64,000 bases of DNA from Carcharhinus amblyrhynchos (GCA_965287045.1 OZ336875.1:78244001-78308000), one strand, 5' to 3'. Shown: positions 9,576-22,432, counted from the first letter of the stretch. The notes: generated by a model from the sequence alone, not told the origin. Translations and numbers: made by a program.

Positions 9576-12500
9576 TGCTCAAAGAAGCCCATGGAGGATC
9601 TTTTGAGGTCCTAGCGAGGGTTTTAGGAACAGTTATAGCCCGGCACAGCTGCAACAGAGATTTTATGAGTACAAAGAAGCAAAAGTAGAGGACCTGGTTC
9701 CACACCTCTGGAGCTGAAGTCATTTAACTGTGTTGTCCTCCTGGATTCCCCATCAAATCAACCAGGGCCATGTAGTTGAGAAGTTGCCTAGCTGAAGTGG
9801 TTACAGTTGAGAATTAACAGTGACAGACTTCTTTCTGTGAGTGACTATACCATCTGGATGATGAGGAAAGAAAATCGGCCTCCACTGGGGAGGTGACTGT
9901 CAGCACAGATGTGATTCTAGATCTCTAACCAAAGAGGCAGGCAGAACAAATAGCTGCACAGCAAGTGCAAATCCAATCCATGCTGTCCTATCTCCACAGG
10001 AAGCCTCGCAACCGAGCATGCCCAAAGGGTACTACAAATAGATGCTGCAATTGTAACAGGGTTGCACGCTTCCAACAAGACTCTACAGGACAACCACAAA
10101 TGCCACAGATGGCAGGCATGGCAGCTCTGTCCAGTGCAACTGTATTCCTCATCCCTCACTAGAGAAGATACAGGCCTGACAAAGGAAATGGAAAAGCTGA
10201 GGCCCTCAGCCAGAAGATTGCACATGGAAGGCAACCCACTTCTGCCAGTTTACAGAGAGTTATGGCTGATGCCATGTCCATGCCTCAAGTAAAGACAACA
10301 TTCAGACCTCATACTCTGTAGAATTAGGTCAGGAAATCATCAAAGTATCACCGTGTGTTTATGAAGGAAATCCAAAGCCAATCCAGAGGGGTAAAGCCAC
10401 TAACAGTTTCACCTCTGCCATCCATCACAACTCGCAAGAGGACTTTGGGCCGCTTCAATGGGAGATGAAGTGTTACTGGAAGGTTAAATGTCCATCAACC
10501 TAATGCTGCCAAATGAAGGAGTCCAAATGGGCATGTAAAATGCTGAGGTACAGGAAGAGGATCAGGGAGGAAGGTAGAGTTCTCTATTTACTGATTCATA
10601 ACAATGGGAGAAAGTGGGTCACCAAGTGTCAGGGAACAGTTACACGGGAAAGGTCATGTTACTGGTGAGGGATTGCCAACTACTGCCAGAGCAGAGAATT
10701 GTACTTTGTCTGAAGCATGGAAGTGGCTTGAAACCGCTGGTCACACACATGACATTGAACCTGTAGCTAGAGGGCAACCCCAGAAGACCATTACCAGAGG
10801 GGAGTTGCTTGATGCCTACATATCCTCCACTGGACTTTTGATAATCAGTCCACTCAATGGCATAGCAAAACTTTAATGAACAGGAATTGCACAGTGATGG
10901 AGGTTCCTGGAATGGGAGGGAGGGAGGGAGGCATGTGAGCTGTAGACAGGAGGTGGGGCAGCATATGAAGCCTGTGAGTCACTGTGTTGAGGAGCTGAGA
11001 CCACAAATAGAACAAGAGATCTGCAGCATTGATGATGAATACTAGCTAAATAGTTTGTTTCTTGAAGTTACACATCCACAACGAGGTTATATAGCTTTGA
11101 TGCCAATGGGATAAAGGAACCTTGTTTTTAACTTTGGTGCAGTCCATGTGTTTTATTCCCATTGCATTACATACTCTTTGGGATAGATTTTCTCCCTGAG
11201 CTAACTTCAGGCACTCAGCTGGCTCCTGCAATATTATTAGTTCATTTTGTGGGCTGGCCTCATTGGGATTCAGCTGCAGGGAGCAATGAGCTCTCTGGAT
11301 AGCCCACTGGCTGCTATTTACAAACTTTAATAAATACCCATTCATTTATGAGGACAAAAAGTACTTGCATTCTGAAGTAAATGTCTATTAAAATAACATA
11401 AAGAATGAAACAATAGATCAGGAACAGGGGTAAATAAAGAATGATGTGATGAATCTTAGAAGAGAGTAATGTCTGAATTTTCACTCAGGTGGAGAGATGT
11501 CAGGGGCCTGAATCCTTATATCCTGTTTCTGAACCTGGCCTCTGCCATTTTCACTGGGGGAGGATGGGAGGTGGAATTGGGGCATGTCTTAAGTTGCATA
11601 TCCATGCTTCGCAGAGGCAGATGATATCGATCAGCTGCCTTCACTCCTGTCCTAATTTGTTGAGGTAGTTGTCTGAAATCTAAAGCATGGTTGGAGTAGG
11701 CCTGAACCTTGTGGGCCTGTTTGGATAGCTCGGATCCCCCTTTGGATATGTCTTGAGACACTTTTGGTAGAGGTCAGATACCCTTTGGAATTGTTAAAAG
11801 TATATATAAAAGTGCATAAACTTATTGGACCTGTCAAGGGACTTAACTCTGCTGAATTTAGTTTTGTTTTAAATGTGTGGAATTTAAAAATAAAATCAGT
11901 GGCTGTTGCACTCTGTCTCTTGGCATTGGTCCGAGGGCTTCCATTACAGGATTTATGCTGCGTGGCTGACTGTACAACTCAACATTATCTTAGTGGGGTT
12001 CCTGATAAGTGAACAGTTTAATTGATGTCTCCAAATGGTTTTAGAATAGAGTAGCTTGCTTTCGTAAGAGGTTAGTTGAAGGAATTTAAATATTTGAATA
12101 TTTTTTATTGAATTTTTAAAAAAATAGTGACAATAGGCACAATTTTACTTATGTCAGCATGTTTTCTGAGGTTTGCCCATGGTGGATACTAGCAGAGTTG
12201 GCTTGAAGAGGGTAAGGGCAATGGGAAGATGGGGGCATGCGTTGGCATGAACTGACCCTTAGTTAGCATAGCGACTGTAAAGGGCTATGAGGAGAATTGG
12301 GAGACATAGAGTGGCTTAGGGGCATTAAGAGCCAAGGGGTGAGTGAGGGACCTAGGTTGGCATTGAGGATGTGGGGATGGGTGGAGGGTCATAGGCGACA
12401 TGGGGATCCATGGGAAGTGAATAAGAACAGATTAGCATGAAGGGTCATGAGGTAGCATGAAAGCACATGGATGGAGCATGCAGAATTTGTGGAGGTTTGA

Positions 12501-14540
12501 GGGCTGAATGGATTTTCGTTTTGATGTTCTGGAGATAGTGGGCTGACTTCTTATCATGTTTACACCCCCAGACTGAAAATCCCAACTTCCAGGCCTCATT
12601 TACCCAGGCTGAGTTCATTGAAAAGGGAAATGTCCCAACAGTGTACACCCAACCTGGGAGCAAAATTCCAGACTTAAGACAGGGAACAATACAATTACAC
12701 AACTTATAGAAAACAGATATTAATTAATCACAAAACATATCAATATGAGGCTGAGTCAGAGTCAAATTATACAACTTTCAGAAGGACACTGTGCTGAAAC
12801 TAGATCAAAGGAACATGGTATCATTATAAAACTGATTTTTCAGTTACTAATTCAGAAGCAGCAGATGTGGTTTTTTGCTTGGAAATTTTGTTTTGCATTT
12901 TATTCTTGGCTTTTTTATTGTGGTGTTTGATTAGGTGGAGAATACAAATGCTGAGGAATATATTGTTTAATGGTTTTGGCAGCCGGTGTCCGAATCAAGA
13001 AATACATTTTGGATCGTTCTTTTATCTGAGATCATAATATGTATTTAGTGAGGTTCTCACCCCTCATCTCCTCACACAGGCTGGTTTGACATTTCTCTTA
13101 GCACGCGTAAGAGAGAAGAACTAAAGTATTGTTCTTCTTGATATTGTATGGCAAACAATGACGAAGATCTGATTGAGTAACACAGAGGTAGAGACAGAGG
13201 ATGAAGTAAGGGGCCGTCTTCCTCTCCATTTCCTTAAATTGATCTCAGGTGTGGATGTGTTTTGTGGGCTGCTGATTCCTAATGAGCATGCATCACTAAA
13301 TAGAATGAGCTTTTTGAATCAGACCCCAAAAGCAATGGTTGGGGGTGGGGGGCACTGGCATGAGTTAGGCACAGTGGCCGGTTACAGCTTCAGACTGCTG
13401 CTGACCTGCCCACTGCAGCCAGCATTCTTGTCTGTCATTGAGTCTGTGACCTGCTCTGAGGCTGCACTTTCCAGGTAAACTCATTGTCTGGTATGCCTGG
13501 AATGTTTGACAAGGGGTGACAGCATAAACATATGCCACAAAATTTATGGGCCGTGAACGTCAGGTTTAAAAGTTCAAGCTTATTTTTGGTTTGGTATTTC
13601 TGCGCAGATCAAAGACACTTTTTATCTACACAGATTTTTTTAAATGAGGAAAAGACAATGTGGTCTACCTTCTATGAAAGAGGAATGTGTTTAATTAAAA
13701 AATAGATTCAAGGCTGACAGATTCACTTTGGTGTTGATCTTTATAAGCTTTTTAAAATATATATACATAAATCTACGGTACCAAATCTGTTTGTAATTTA
13801 TTGTTTCAGAACACATTTCTATGGACAACTTTCCTTATTTAACAGAAACACAATGTAGCCAAGGATACAGTTGATTTATGATTTCTCATTTTAGGTTGTT
13901 TTAGTGAAATAATCAGTTGGTTATGGCCTCAAGCAATTAGCCACTTCAATATCTGACATCTCTGACTAGATTTGCCATGTTTAATTCACAAAGTAAAAAG
14001 ATTGCACCACATTTTTTAATACCTTTTGTCAGCCTTATTGGCAAATGGGACAGGGACACTCGAGGTGAACTTCATAGCATAAACTATTGGTAGGAGGTCA
14101 CTAAAGGCAAGTGAAATGCTGCTCACAAAATTGTTTGCTGGATCCAATAATTGGCCCTTTGTAGGGTAAATGGCTACCTCTAAAGCATATTTGCTTTGGT
14201 TTTGCCATTTATTGATGATTGCTACTGCATTAACTGAGCAATATTTCACTTGTATATCTCCCAATGACATTGTGCTGACGATCACTTCTGTCTGAACAGC
14301 GACGTGGTTTTGTGGTTTGGTTTCCAGTTTGCACACTACTTGGATCTCTCTTCAGATAACTTGCATCCTTATCTGGATTGGAAAGTTTTCCCACTATTAA
14401 TGAGGGACTTTGGTGTAACTCCAAAGGTTTCCTCAAAAACTCGCTTTATTTACACAATAGTGCATTTTAAGCTTCTAGGTGAGTATATCTCTCTCTTGTA
14501 GAGACTATATCATCTTATCTTCCCAGTCTCTTGCACATTT

Positions 14541-14780
14541 AAAGTTTAAAGTCACAGGTAAGGTTTACATTAACATTGCAATGAAGCTACTGTGAAATTC
14601 TCCTCATTGCCACAGTCCAGCAATTCTTTCAGAATGTGGGAGGAAACCTGTGCACCGAAGGAAACCCATGCAGACATGGGGAGAACTTGCAAACTCCACA
14701 CAGACAGTGACCCAAGCCGGGAATCGAACCAGGTCCCTGGCGCTGTGAAGTAGCAATACTAACTATTGTACTACCATATG
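14541..14780 (-). mobile_element. HE1/V-domain SINE
   Basis: V-domain signature GTGGGAGGAAACC...GGAAACCCATGCAGACATGGGGAGAACTTGCAAACTCCACACAGACAG; B box GGAATCGAACC on the reverse strand. Confidence 0.85.
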
Positions 14781-15109
14781 ACTGCTGATGTCACCACAAT
14801 CTCTCCCTCCCCCCACAACCAGTCACTGTCGTAAAGGCTTCAAGCTCCCACCGTGTTGTCACACTTCTTGGAAAGCATATGGACATATATAGTCATATTT
14901 TCCCTGGAAAGACAAACCATTTGTGGAGTGGGATAGCAGCTTTCCACAACTGCTGGTAACTGAGCTGGGATCTCTATGTTGACTGAACTGTGGAGGTGAA
15001 GACTAATTTCAAGAGAGAAGGCATGGGTGACAGCACTCTGTTGAACTGGAAAAAGGCAAACCATAATTTTCTCTAGAATCTTTGTCTCCCACTTAGCACG
15101 CCAGAGAAA

Positions 15110-15330
15110 GGCTCGAGGCTACCTGAATGGTGACTTTTTGTGATTTGTATACAAGGACACCCAGATCACCCTGTACTGCATCATTTTGAAACCTCTCTTC
15201 ATTTAAATAATGTTCAGCTTTTCTGTTCTTTCTGACAAAGTGGCCAACTTCATATTTTCCCACATTACACTTCACCTACCAAATTTTTGTCCACACACTT
15301 AATCTAATCATATTCCTTTACAGACTCTCC
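15110..15330 (-). mobile_element. CR1 RT fragment
   Basis: ORF 15093-15275 KCNVGKYEVGHFVRKNRKAEHYLNEERFQNDAVQGDLGVLV is the CR1 RT C-terminal pattern. Confidence 0.8.
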
Positions 15331-16079
15331 AGCATAGGTTGTCCCATTTCCAGATCTTTAGAGACCAGACGTATGACCCAAGATGACATCGGGACCCTAT
15401 GGAAGTCCCTATATACTAAACTCTGTTGCAGTTACCCAGGAAGTTTGAACTGACAATGGGAATTCCCCTGCAACCTGGCACAGTCTACTCTGAGTGAGAA
15501 TTGGAGACAATGGACAGTTTGTGGTACTTACCTGGATCATTACTCAGGAAAGTTAAACAGAAAAATCTTAATCTGACTTCTGGGTAGCTACAAAACTGAC
15601 CCCCCTCCCCAAAATCACTCACACTGACACCATGACTATCCTCTCTACCCACTCCTACTACACTCACCGTGACTACCTGCCCTGACCCAACTACCCCTAA
15701 TACATTTACTTACTTCACCCACCTACCCACCCTACCACCATGGCCATTCATTCCCCAATATCCATCCATTAATCCATTCACTAACATTCACACTGGACAT
15801 TTGAACTTGCCTTATAGCAGTTAGCACTGTAAAAACCGGGCATGACTTGTCTTCCTCCAGTGATACAGCACTGAAGAAGCCTGGCTCGGAAGACCCAACC
15901 AGGAATACAGAACAGCATTGGGAAATTGAAAGGTTTGCACGGAGTAGCAATCCGACAATGATTGAATCTCAAACAATGATTCCCACTTCATAGAATATCC
16001 AGACGTTTGTATCCTCCTAACAACATGCTTTCCTATCATTATAATTATAACTTTCAATATTAAATAAAATTGTCTTAGT

Positions 16080-17570
16080 TGACTACACAAGTGGCTTCCA
16101 TGCCCTCTACATGTTTATCTACCTTGTTTGTTGCATCCTCAAGTAACTCTAATAAATTTCTCAAACATGATTTCCCTCACAAAACCATATTGAAGCTGCC
16201 TAATAGTATTGTGATTTTCTAATTGCCCAGCTACTACCTCTTTAATAATGGACTCTAGAGTTTTCTGAGAACAGAAGTTGTGCTAACTGGCCTTCAGTTT
16301 CCTGCTTTCTGTCTCCTCCTTTCTTGAATAGAGATATTACATTTGTGGTTTTACAATCCACTGGGACCTTTCCAGGATCTAGGGAATTTTGAAAAATTAC
16401 AACCAATGAGTCTACTATTTCTGCAGCCACTTTGTTTAAGAGTCTAGGATGCAGCCCATTGGATATGGGGGACTATTCAGTCTTAAGTTCCATTAATTTT
16501 CCCATTACTTTTCCTCTAGTGAGAGTGATTTATATAAGTACTTCCCTCTCCTTTGCATCTTGATTTTCTACAATTCATTGGATGCTTTTTTATGTCTTTG
16601 ACTGTGAAGACAGATACAAAATAATCTCAGTCTCAGCCTCTTAGAGATCAGTGCTCACCTTAGCTACTCTTTTCCTTTTTTATATACTTGTTGAAAGTTT
16701 TACTATCCGTAAAAACATGTCTTGCTAATTTTTTTTCTCATTCCAATTCTTGCCTGTTGATTTTTTTTCTTACTTATCCTTTCGTTTCTAAAACTTTCTT
16801 GATCTTCTGGCCTACAAAATATTTGCAGCAATGTATACTTTTTCTTTCAGTTTGATACCACTTCTAACTTGCTTAGTTAGCCAAGGATGCCAACTCTTTC
16901 TCATAGAATTTCTTCAATAGAATATATCTTTATTGAAAGTTATAAAATATCTCTAAGTGCATGCCACTACTTTTCTTCCATCTTCCCTTTTAACCTGTTT
17001 ACCAACTCCACTTCAGCTAACTCTCTCTTTATACCTTGTAATTACCTTTATTTAATTTGAAAATACTAGTTATGGTCCAACTTCTCACTCTCAAACCAGT
17101 TTATCATATTAAGGCCTTGAGGATCCCTTGCTATGAGGCCTTTAAATAATCCTGTCTCATTATACATTGATGTGGATATGCCGGCGTTGGACTGGGGTAA
17201 ACACAGTAAAAAGTCTGACAACACCAGGTTGACTAAAACCTGGTGTTGTCAGACTTTTTACTGTACTCATTATACATTACCAGTTCTATAATAGCCTATT
17301 CCCTGGTAGGTTCGAGAACATTCTAAGAAACTGTCCTGAATACATGCTATGAACTCATCTTTACAGCTACCTTTGCCAAGTTGATTTGTCCAATTGACAT
17401 GAAGATTAAAATCAGCCACGATTATTGCAGTACTTTTCTTGCAAGCCCCATTATTTCTTGATCTATGCTCTGCCCTATTATTTGGAGGCCTATAAATGAC
17501 TCACAAGTGACTTCTTTCCTTTGCTATTTCTTACCTCCATCCAAACTGATTCTACTTTTTGAACTTCTGA
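16080..17570 (-). mobile_element. CR1 ORF2 (EN-linker-RT) fragment, decayed
   Basis: ORF 16242-16430 AAEIVDSLVVIFQNSLDPGKVPVDCKTTNVISLFKKGG. An EN-region relic (IIVADFNLH) lies near 17400. Confidence 0.85.
17169..17265. mobile_element. 97-bp fold-back mini Penelope-derived insertion with 13-bp TSD
   Basis: Perfect 28-bp inverted repeat (17203-17230 / 17237-17264) matching the ends of the larger Penelope copies. TSD CTCATTATACATT at 17156-17168 and 17266-17278. Confidence 0.85.
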
Positions 17571-18092
17571 ACCAAGATCATGTCTCATTCTTGAATTGGA
17601 CTCATTAGTCATTCATGATATTGTAGCTTGGCAAAACAACTGATCTGAACTGCCTTGAAAGAGAGCCACTGTGCACCACACCACACCACACCACATGCTT
17701 GCTACTGGACATTATAACAAATAATTTTCCCTAATTCACTGACTGTCTTGAAGTAGATTTGTAGAAATATTCAAGAACTCCTCTTCATACATATACATTC
17801 CGTAAACTGAGCACATACTGTAAATCCTACAGATCTTAAAAGGGCACAGCATTAATCCAAACACTGACTTAAAAAAAAAGTATGCTGAAGCATGAAGAAA
17901 CTAATAAAGGTTAAAAAAAACTATAAGGAAGTTGAGTGCTTAATCTCCCCCACAAAGTAGTTGAGTGTTCAATTATTTGCTATGGTCAGTGAAAGCAGTA
18001 AATGGCCCCATGCAGAGCAATCTGCTATGCCGTCTTTCCCTCCAGGATTGCTGTCTTCTGTCACCTTGACCTTTACAAGCTCAGGCATTCAG

Positions 18093-18412
18093 CTGCAAAA
18101 GAAAAAGTACAAGACTTTTTAAACTAAGAAACTAAGGCATTGATTAATAATGCAGTCATCTGATTGTTTGCTAACATGGAATGTCAAAGAGGCAAAAACC
18201 TCCATTCAAAGAATGAATGCAGTTTCTGCAGCAGTTCTGATTAACTTCAGTTTGGTTTTGGATGACACACATTTGTAATTTATTTACTCCCCACCATTAT
18301 TGACAGCAAAATACAGATCTTGCCAATGAGTACAAGCCAAATTCTTTAGTTTTACAACTGTCCATCCCCCACACACCCCCTCGGTGCCCCTCACGAGCCA
18401 AGCTGGACTTAC
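18093..18412 (-). other. Candidate 320-nt GT-AG intron of an unidentified minus-strand transcript
   Basis: Donor TAA|GTAAGT at 18412 and acceptor TTGTACTTTTTCTTTTGCAG| at 18093, in non-repetitive sequence. Confidence 0.35.
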
Positions 18413-18453
18413 TTATGCGGCTCCAAGTTTATCTAAAGTGTTTCCAGGAACCT

Positions 18454-18467
18454 GTTTCCGTGGTGAC
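18454..18467. promoter_or_regulatory. Candidate RFX X-box
   Basis: GTTTCCGTGGTGAC lies ~40 nt upstream (minus sense) of the 18412 donor; CpGs are retained locally. Confidence 0.2.
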
Positions 18468-18847
18468 GACCTGGATTCACTCCAGAGACAGATCATCACC
18501 AGGGGTGCTGGGTTTTCTAAACAAGCCTCCCAAGAAATCTTTGGGCACGTTTGAGACTGTTTATGTTCTCCCTTTAAATGCTCAACATTTGCATCGATAT
18601 TAATCTCACAAACAATGACCAAAACCACAACATCGGTTTGTACAGATCAAAAAAGGCTAGAGAATAGTTTTCTCCTGTAAGCTTACAGTAAGAAAACACA
18701 GTCATTATTGGGAGTTAACGGAATCATTTTCATGTTAACAAAACTAAAATGATAGCAGATGTGTTTCTGAATCTATGCCTGGAAGATAATGGGATTTTAA
18801 AAATATTCAAATTGTGTCTGCACTTGGTTTAGGTTTTTAAATCACAG

Positions 18848-20040
18848 GATCACAGAACTTCTATAATATTGAAGGAGGCTATTTGGCCTATTCTGTCTGC
18901 ACTGGCTTTCTGAATGCTTACTTGCATATTACCATTCTCCCATCTTCTCCCCCATAACCCTGCACATTGTTCCCCTTCTGAGTGCCTGGATTGAATCTGC
19001 CTCCACCATTCTCGCTGGCTGTGAATTCCAGAACTTAATGTGAATTTTTTTTCTCTCATATCACTTCTGCTTCTTTTGCAAATTACCTTAAATTTATGCC
19101 TTCTCGTTCTTGATCCTTCCACAAGAGGAACAGTTTCTCTTAATCTACTCTGTCAGACTCCTTATGATTTTGAATGCCTCAGTTAAAATTGCTCTCAGCC
19201 TTCTTTTCTCCAAGGAAAACAATACCATTTTTCAAATTTATCTGGAAATATTGCAAGAGTGAAGAAATTGGGTATGAACCCAATTTTTCACCTCTCATTC
19301 GTATATCCTGCCCCACTACGCTACTTGACCAATGCAGCGGGATGGAAAAATCCCATTCAATGTAATTCCTTTAATTAATCCACCAGGGAAGTGTACTGTA
19401 CATAAATCTTTCTGAATTTATGAATCTTTTCTGCACTCTCTCCAATGCCGTTTATCTTTCCTAAATGTGGCGCACAGAACTGGATGCACAATTTCAGTTG
19501 AGGGCTGATTTGGTGTGCGGATTCTCCAGCCTCTCAACCACGTGTTTCTTGGCAGTGAGTGACTGCACTGTGTTCACTGGTGCTGGGATTCCCTGGTCCT
19601 ACATAAGAACATAAGAAATAGGAGCAGGAGTAGGCCATCTAGCCCTTCGAGCTTGTCCCGCCATTCAATAAGATCATGGCTGATCTGTTGTGTCTCAGTT
19701 CCACATTCCCACCCTCTCCCCATAACCCTTAATCCCCTTGCTTATCAAAAACCTGTCATTGTCAATGTGAATTCCCATTGAAACCACCCCACACGGCAGG
19801 ACCAGGGAATCCCACCAACATGAACAGCTGGAGAATTCTGACCATTGTCTGATACAAGTTCAACATAACTTCCCTACTCTCGCACTCTATTCTCCAATAA
19901 ATATATTTTTTGAACTACTCTCTCAATGTGTCCTGCTTCCTTCAATGACTTATGTACAAATGCAGCTAGCCTCATTTTCTCTTGCTCCCACTTTGGAGTT
20001 GTACTTTTTATGTCCCCTCATGTCCAAAATTCATCACATC
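18848..20040 (-). mobile_element. CR1 3' region, fragmented by later insertions
   Basis: ORF 18850-19122 EGSRTRRHKFKVICKRSRSDMREK; tail at 18848. Continues at ~19415-19505 (LKLCIQFCAPH..K) and 19850-20040. Confidence 0.75.
19514..19843. mobile_element. Short TIR element (MITE-like) containing a CR1 tail insertion
   Basis: Ends GGATTCTCCAGC / GCTGGAGAATTC; internal inverted GGGATTCCCTGGTCCT / AGGACCAGGGAATCCC. Young CR1 3' tail (ACATAAGAACATAAGAA..., minus strand) at ~19601-19755. Confidence 0.6.
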
Positions 20041-20398
20041 AGTCTTATATCTGAAAACAACAGCTCCCAAATGATGTTCTAAAGGTGGTTAATTCCTGTG
20101 AGTCTTCCAATAAATGCATGGACCAATAACCATGTTTCGCATGTAATTTAACAAATTTTGTGTTGAGATGCTCCAAGTAGGAATTTTATGAGACACCTCT
20201 TAAATGCTTGACTTAGTCGTCAAAGATCCAGGCACACACAAATTTGACTGTCTGTATTTATAATCATGGTTATAGAGATACACCAGTTGCATGTTGTTGA
20301 ACATGACAAATAATCACCATAGTGTCCAGTTCTGTCTGAAATTTGTCCTAGATATGTACAGTACACTTACTTGGTGGATTAACTGAAGGAACTACATT

Positions 20399-21297
20399 GG
20401 GTGAGATTTTTCCACCCCGTTGCATTGGTCAAGTACTGAAGTGGGGCTGGATATATGAACGAGGGGTGAAAAATTGGGTTTACACCTGATTTCTCCACTC
20501 TTGCAATATTGCCAGCCCCATTCTGCTGAGCATGTCATTAATAAGCCAAGGACACAATCATCCAGGCTCACTTCCTCAGTCCCCTCTTTGGTCAAGGTCC
20601 TTCCTGGTGAGGATCACAGATGGTCCCCACTAATGGGGACCAGGTGTGATGGCCTTGATGGTGGTACCGGAGATCATTGAAGCTCTATGGGTGGTTGGGG
20701 GCAGGGCCTTGCATTGCCAATGGGGAGGTGCCAGCCTGGCACCCTGATACCACCCACCGAGCACTGGGGTGGCCTGGTAAGGGCACGGCCTGAGGCGGCA
20801 GCATCTGACAGCAGTGGAGCCAGATAAGGGATAGGCAAGAGGTAGAGGTCGATGGGGATGGGAGCAGTTTCATAGGAGGAGAGAGAAGGGACTGATTATT
20901 GGGGCCAGTGATCGGGGGTTTGGGGCTAGTGATCGTGGGTTTGGGTCTGACAGTTGGAGAGGTGGTCCATAGGGGATGGCGATTGGGGGGGGGGGGTTTG
21001 AGGTGAGGTGGGCGATGTCTATGGAGAGGGGGTGTTGGCAGCTCTCCCGGTATACTGTGTACACTATGTGAACAGTGGCTCCTGTGCAGTGGCACAACTA
21101 ACAGTTTTTAGCCAGCTTCCTGGCATGAATAGGCTGTGCCCACCTAACCACTCTACTGGTGAGGTTTACATTATGGCCACTGTATTGCAAGGAGTGCATT
21201 AAATTGCCACCACTTACCTTGCTGGAAAAACGGGCAAGAAAACTTTCGGTTTCTCACCCGCTCGACAATTAGAATTTTTCAGAGAAAATTCTGCTCA
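20399..21297. mobile_element. Non-autonomous TIR element (putative PIF/Harbinger derivative)
   Basis: Starts GGGTGAGATTTTTCC and ends GAGAAAATTCTGCTC, with a G-rich interior like the other GGGC-terminated elements here. Confidence 0.45.
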
Positions 21298-22432
21298 ATC
21301 TTCTTTCATATGTAGAATAGTATCTCCTCTGAAACCTCCCACAGGATCAAACCTGTCCATGTACTTTCGCTGTAACTCTGTGGGCGGAATCTTCCCTAAA
21401 TATTTTGAAGGCGTGATCTTACTGGCTCAAACCATTGGTTGATCTGCGTGGTGAGCAAGGAAGATAGGAGTGAGTTGGAAGATCCGCCCTGGCCTAGCTT
21501 TGCCAGCCTGGGATTGAATATATTTCACAGACATTCACAGTCCCCTCTGTCTGTGATGATATCCATTCCAGGTGCATAGGCCCCTGAGGGTGCTTCTGCC
21601 CCTCAATAGGAGACCCTTAACAGGCCGAGTCCTCAAGTCTTGGGTCACTAGAAGAAATCCACCAAGGTCATAGAATCCTTACAGTGCAGAAGGAGGCCCA
21701 TTGGCTCATTGTGTCTGCACCAACTCTCCAAAAGAGTACCTTACCCAGATTAAGTTAAGAAACTTTGATGTCACTGGATCATTGTGGGCTATCATTGTAA
21801 AGATATTGCACTCTTGAGAAGACATCTGATGGGTGTATGATGTTTAGTTAACTGAGGGTATGATTTTGTACATTGTGATCCTTCTATGTCAAGGTTGAGC
21901 CATTCTCCCACTCAGTGATAATTTTCCGTTGTGTTATTAATGTTCATGTGATGTGAACCTCAGTTGAACTAGTTGCCACATCCTTGTGTGATGTTAGTGA
22001 GGTGTATTTAAATCTTTGTGATGTAAGTGTTTCTAATCCTTCTTCCTCAAGAAGCGCCCTTCAGTGAGAGAGCAGGTGTCTCCTCAGTGGTAATGGCAGA
22101 ACACAAGACATGCACAAGAGGAGATGATCCCAAGGCATGTCCTCATTTCAGTTGCAGCAATATTTTCATCATTAGATGGTGAAAAAGCTTCATGTCTTCT
22201 TTTGCATTTCTCTTGACCTTTAGCGGACTCTCAGTTCCCAGAATGAGGACACTCACAGGACATTGTGAATCAAAGCAGAGCTCATGACCTAGCGTCACGA
22301 GGCCAGAACGCACAAGTGTGAACGCAGGACTCATTCTCTGCGGATAGATGGATGTCTCCTGAGATGAAAGGGAATGGCATTGAAGGCTAGGAGAGACATG
22401 CCCCAACTTAACATTCTGGAACCTGTCAGTAA

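Larger units (their letters stand above)
8488..11171 (+). mobile_element. Gypsy-like LTR retrotransposon, decayed and internally deleted
   Basis: LTR pair ~8488-8807 and 10934-11171 sharing GTGAGTCACTG..., GAGATCTG.AGCATTGA, ATAAAGGAA.CTTGTTTTTAA and TTACA ends. PBS at 8811; PPT GGGAGGGAGGGAGGGAGGC at 10914-10932. Zn-knuckle relic CPKGTTNRCCNCNRVARF (~10018-10072). The 5' boundary is uncertain and no TSD was found. Confidence 0.85.

Noticed and set aside
14016-14501. Overlapping ORFs (106, 68, 65 aa) with nearby splice-like sites (AAG|GTATTA on -, TAG|GTGAGT on +)
   Set aside because: No recognisable domain, upstream in-frame stops and no coherent acceptor/donor pair.
20685-21097. Pro-rich ORFs (also 40634-41339, 48900-49243, 62024-62380)
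   Set aside because: Products of G/C-skewed interiors of non-autonomous elements, which are poor in stop codons.
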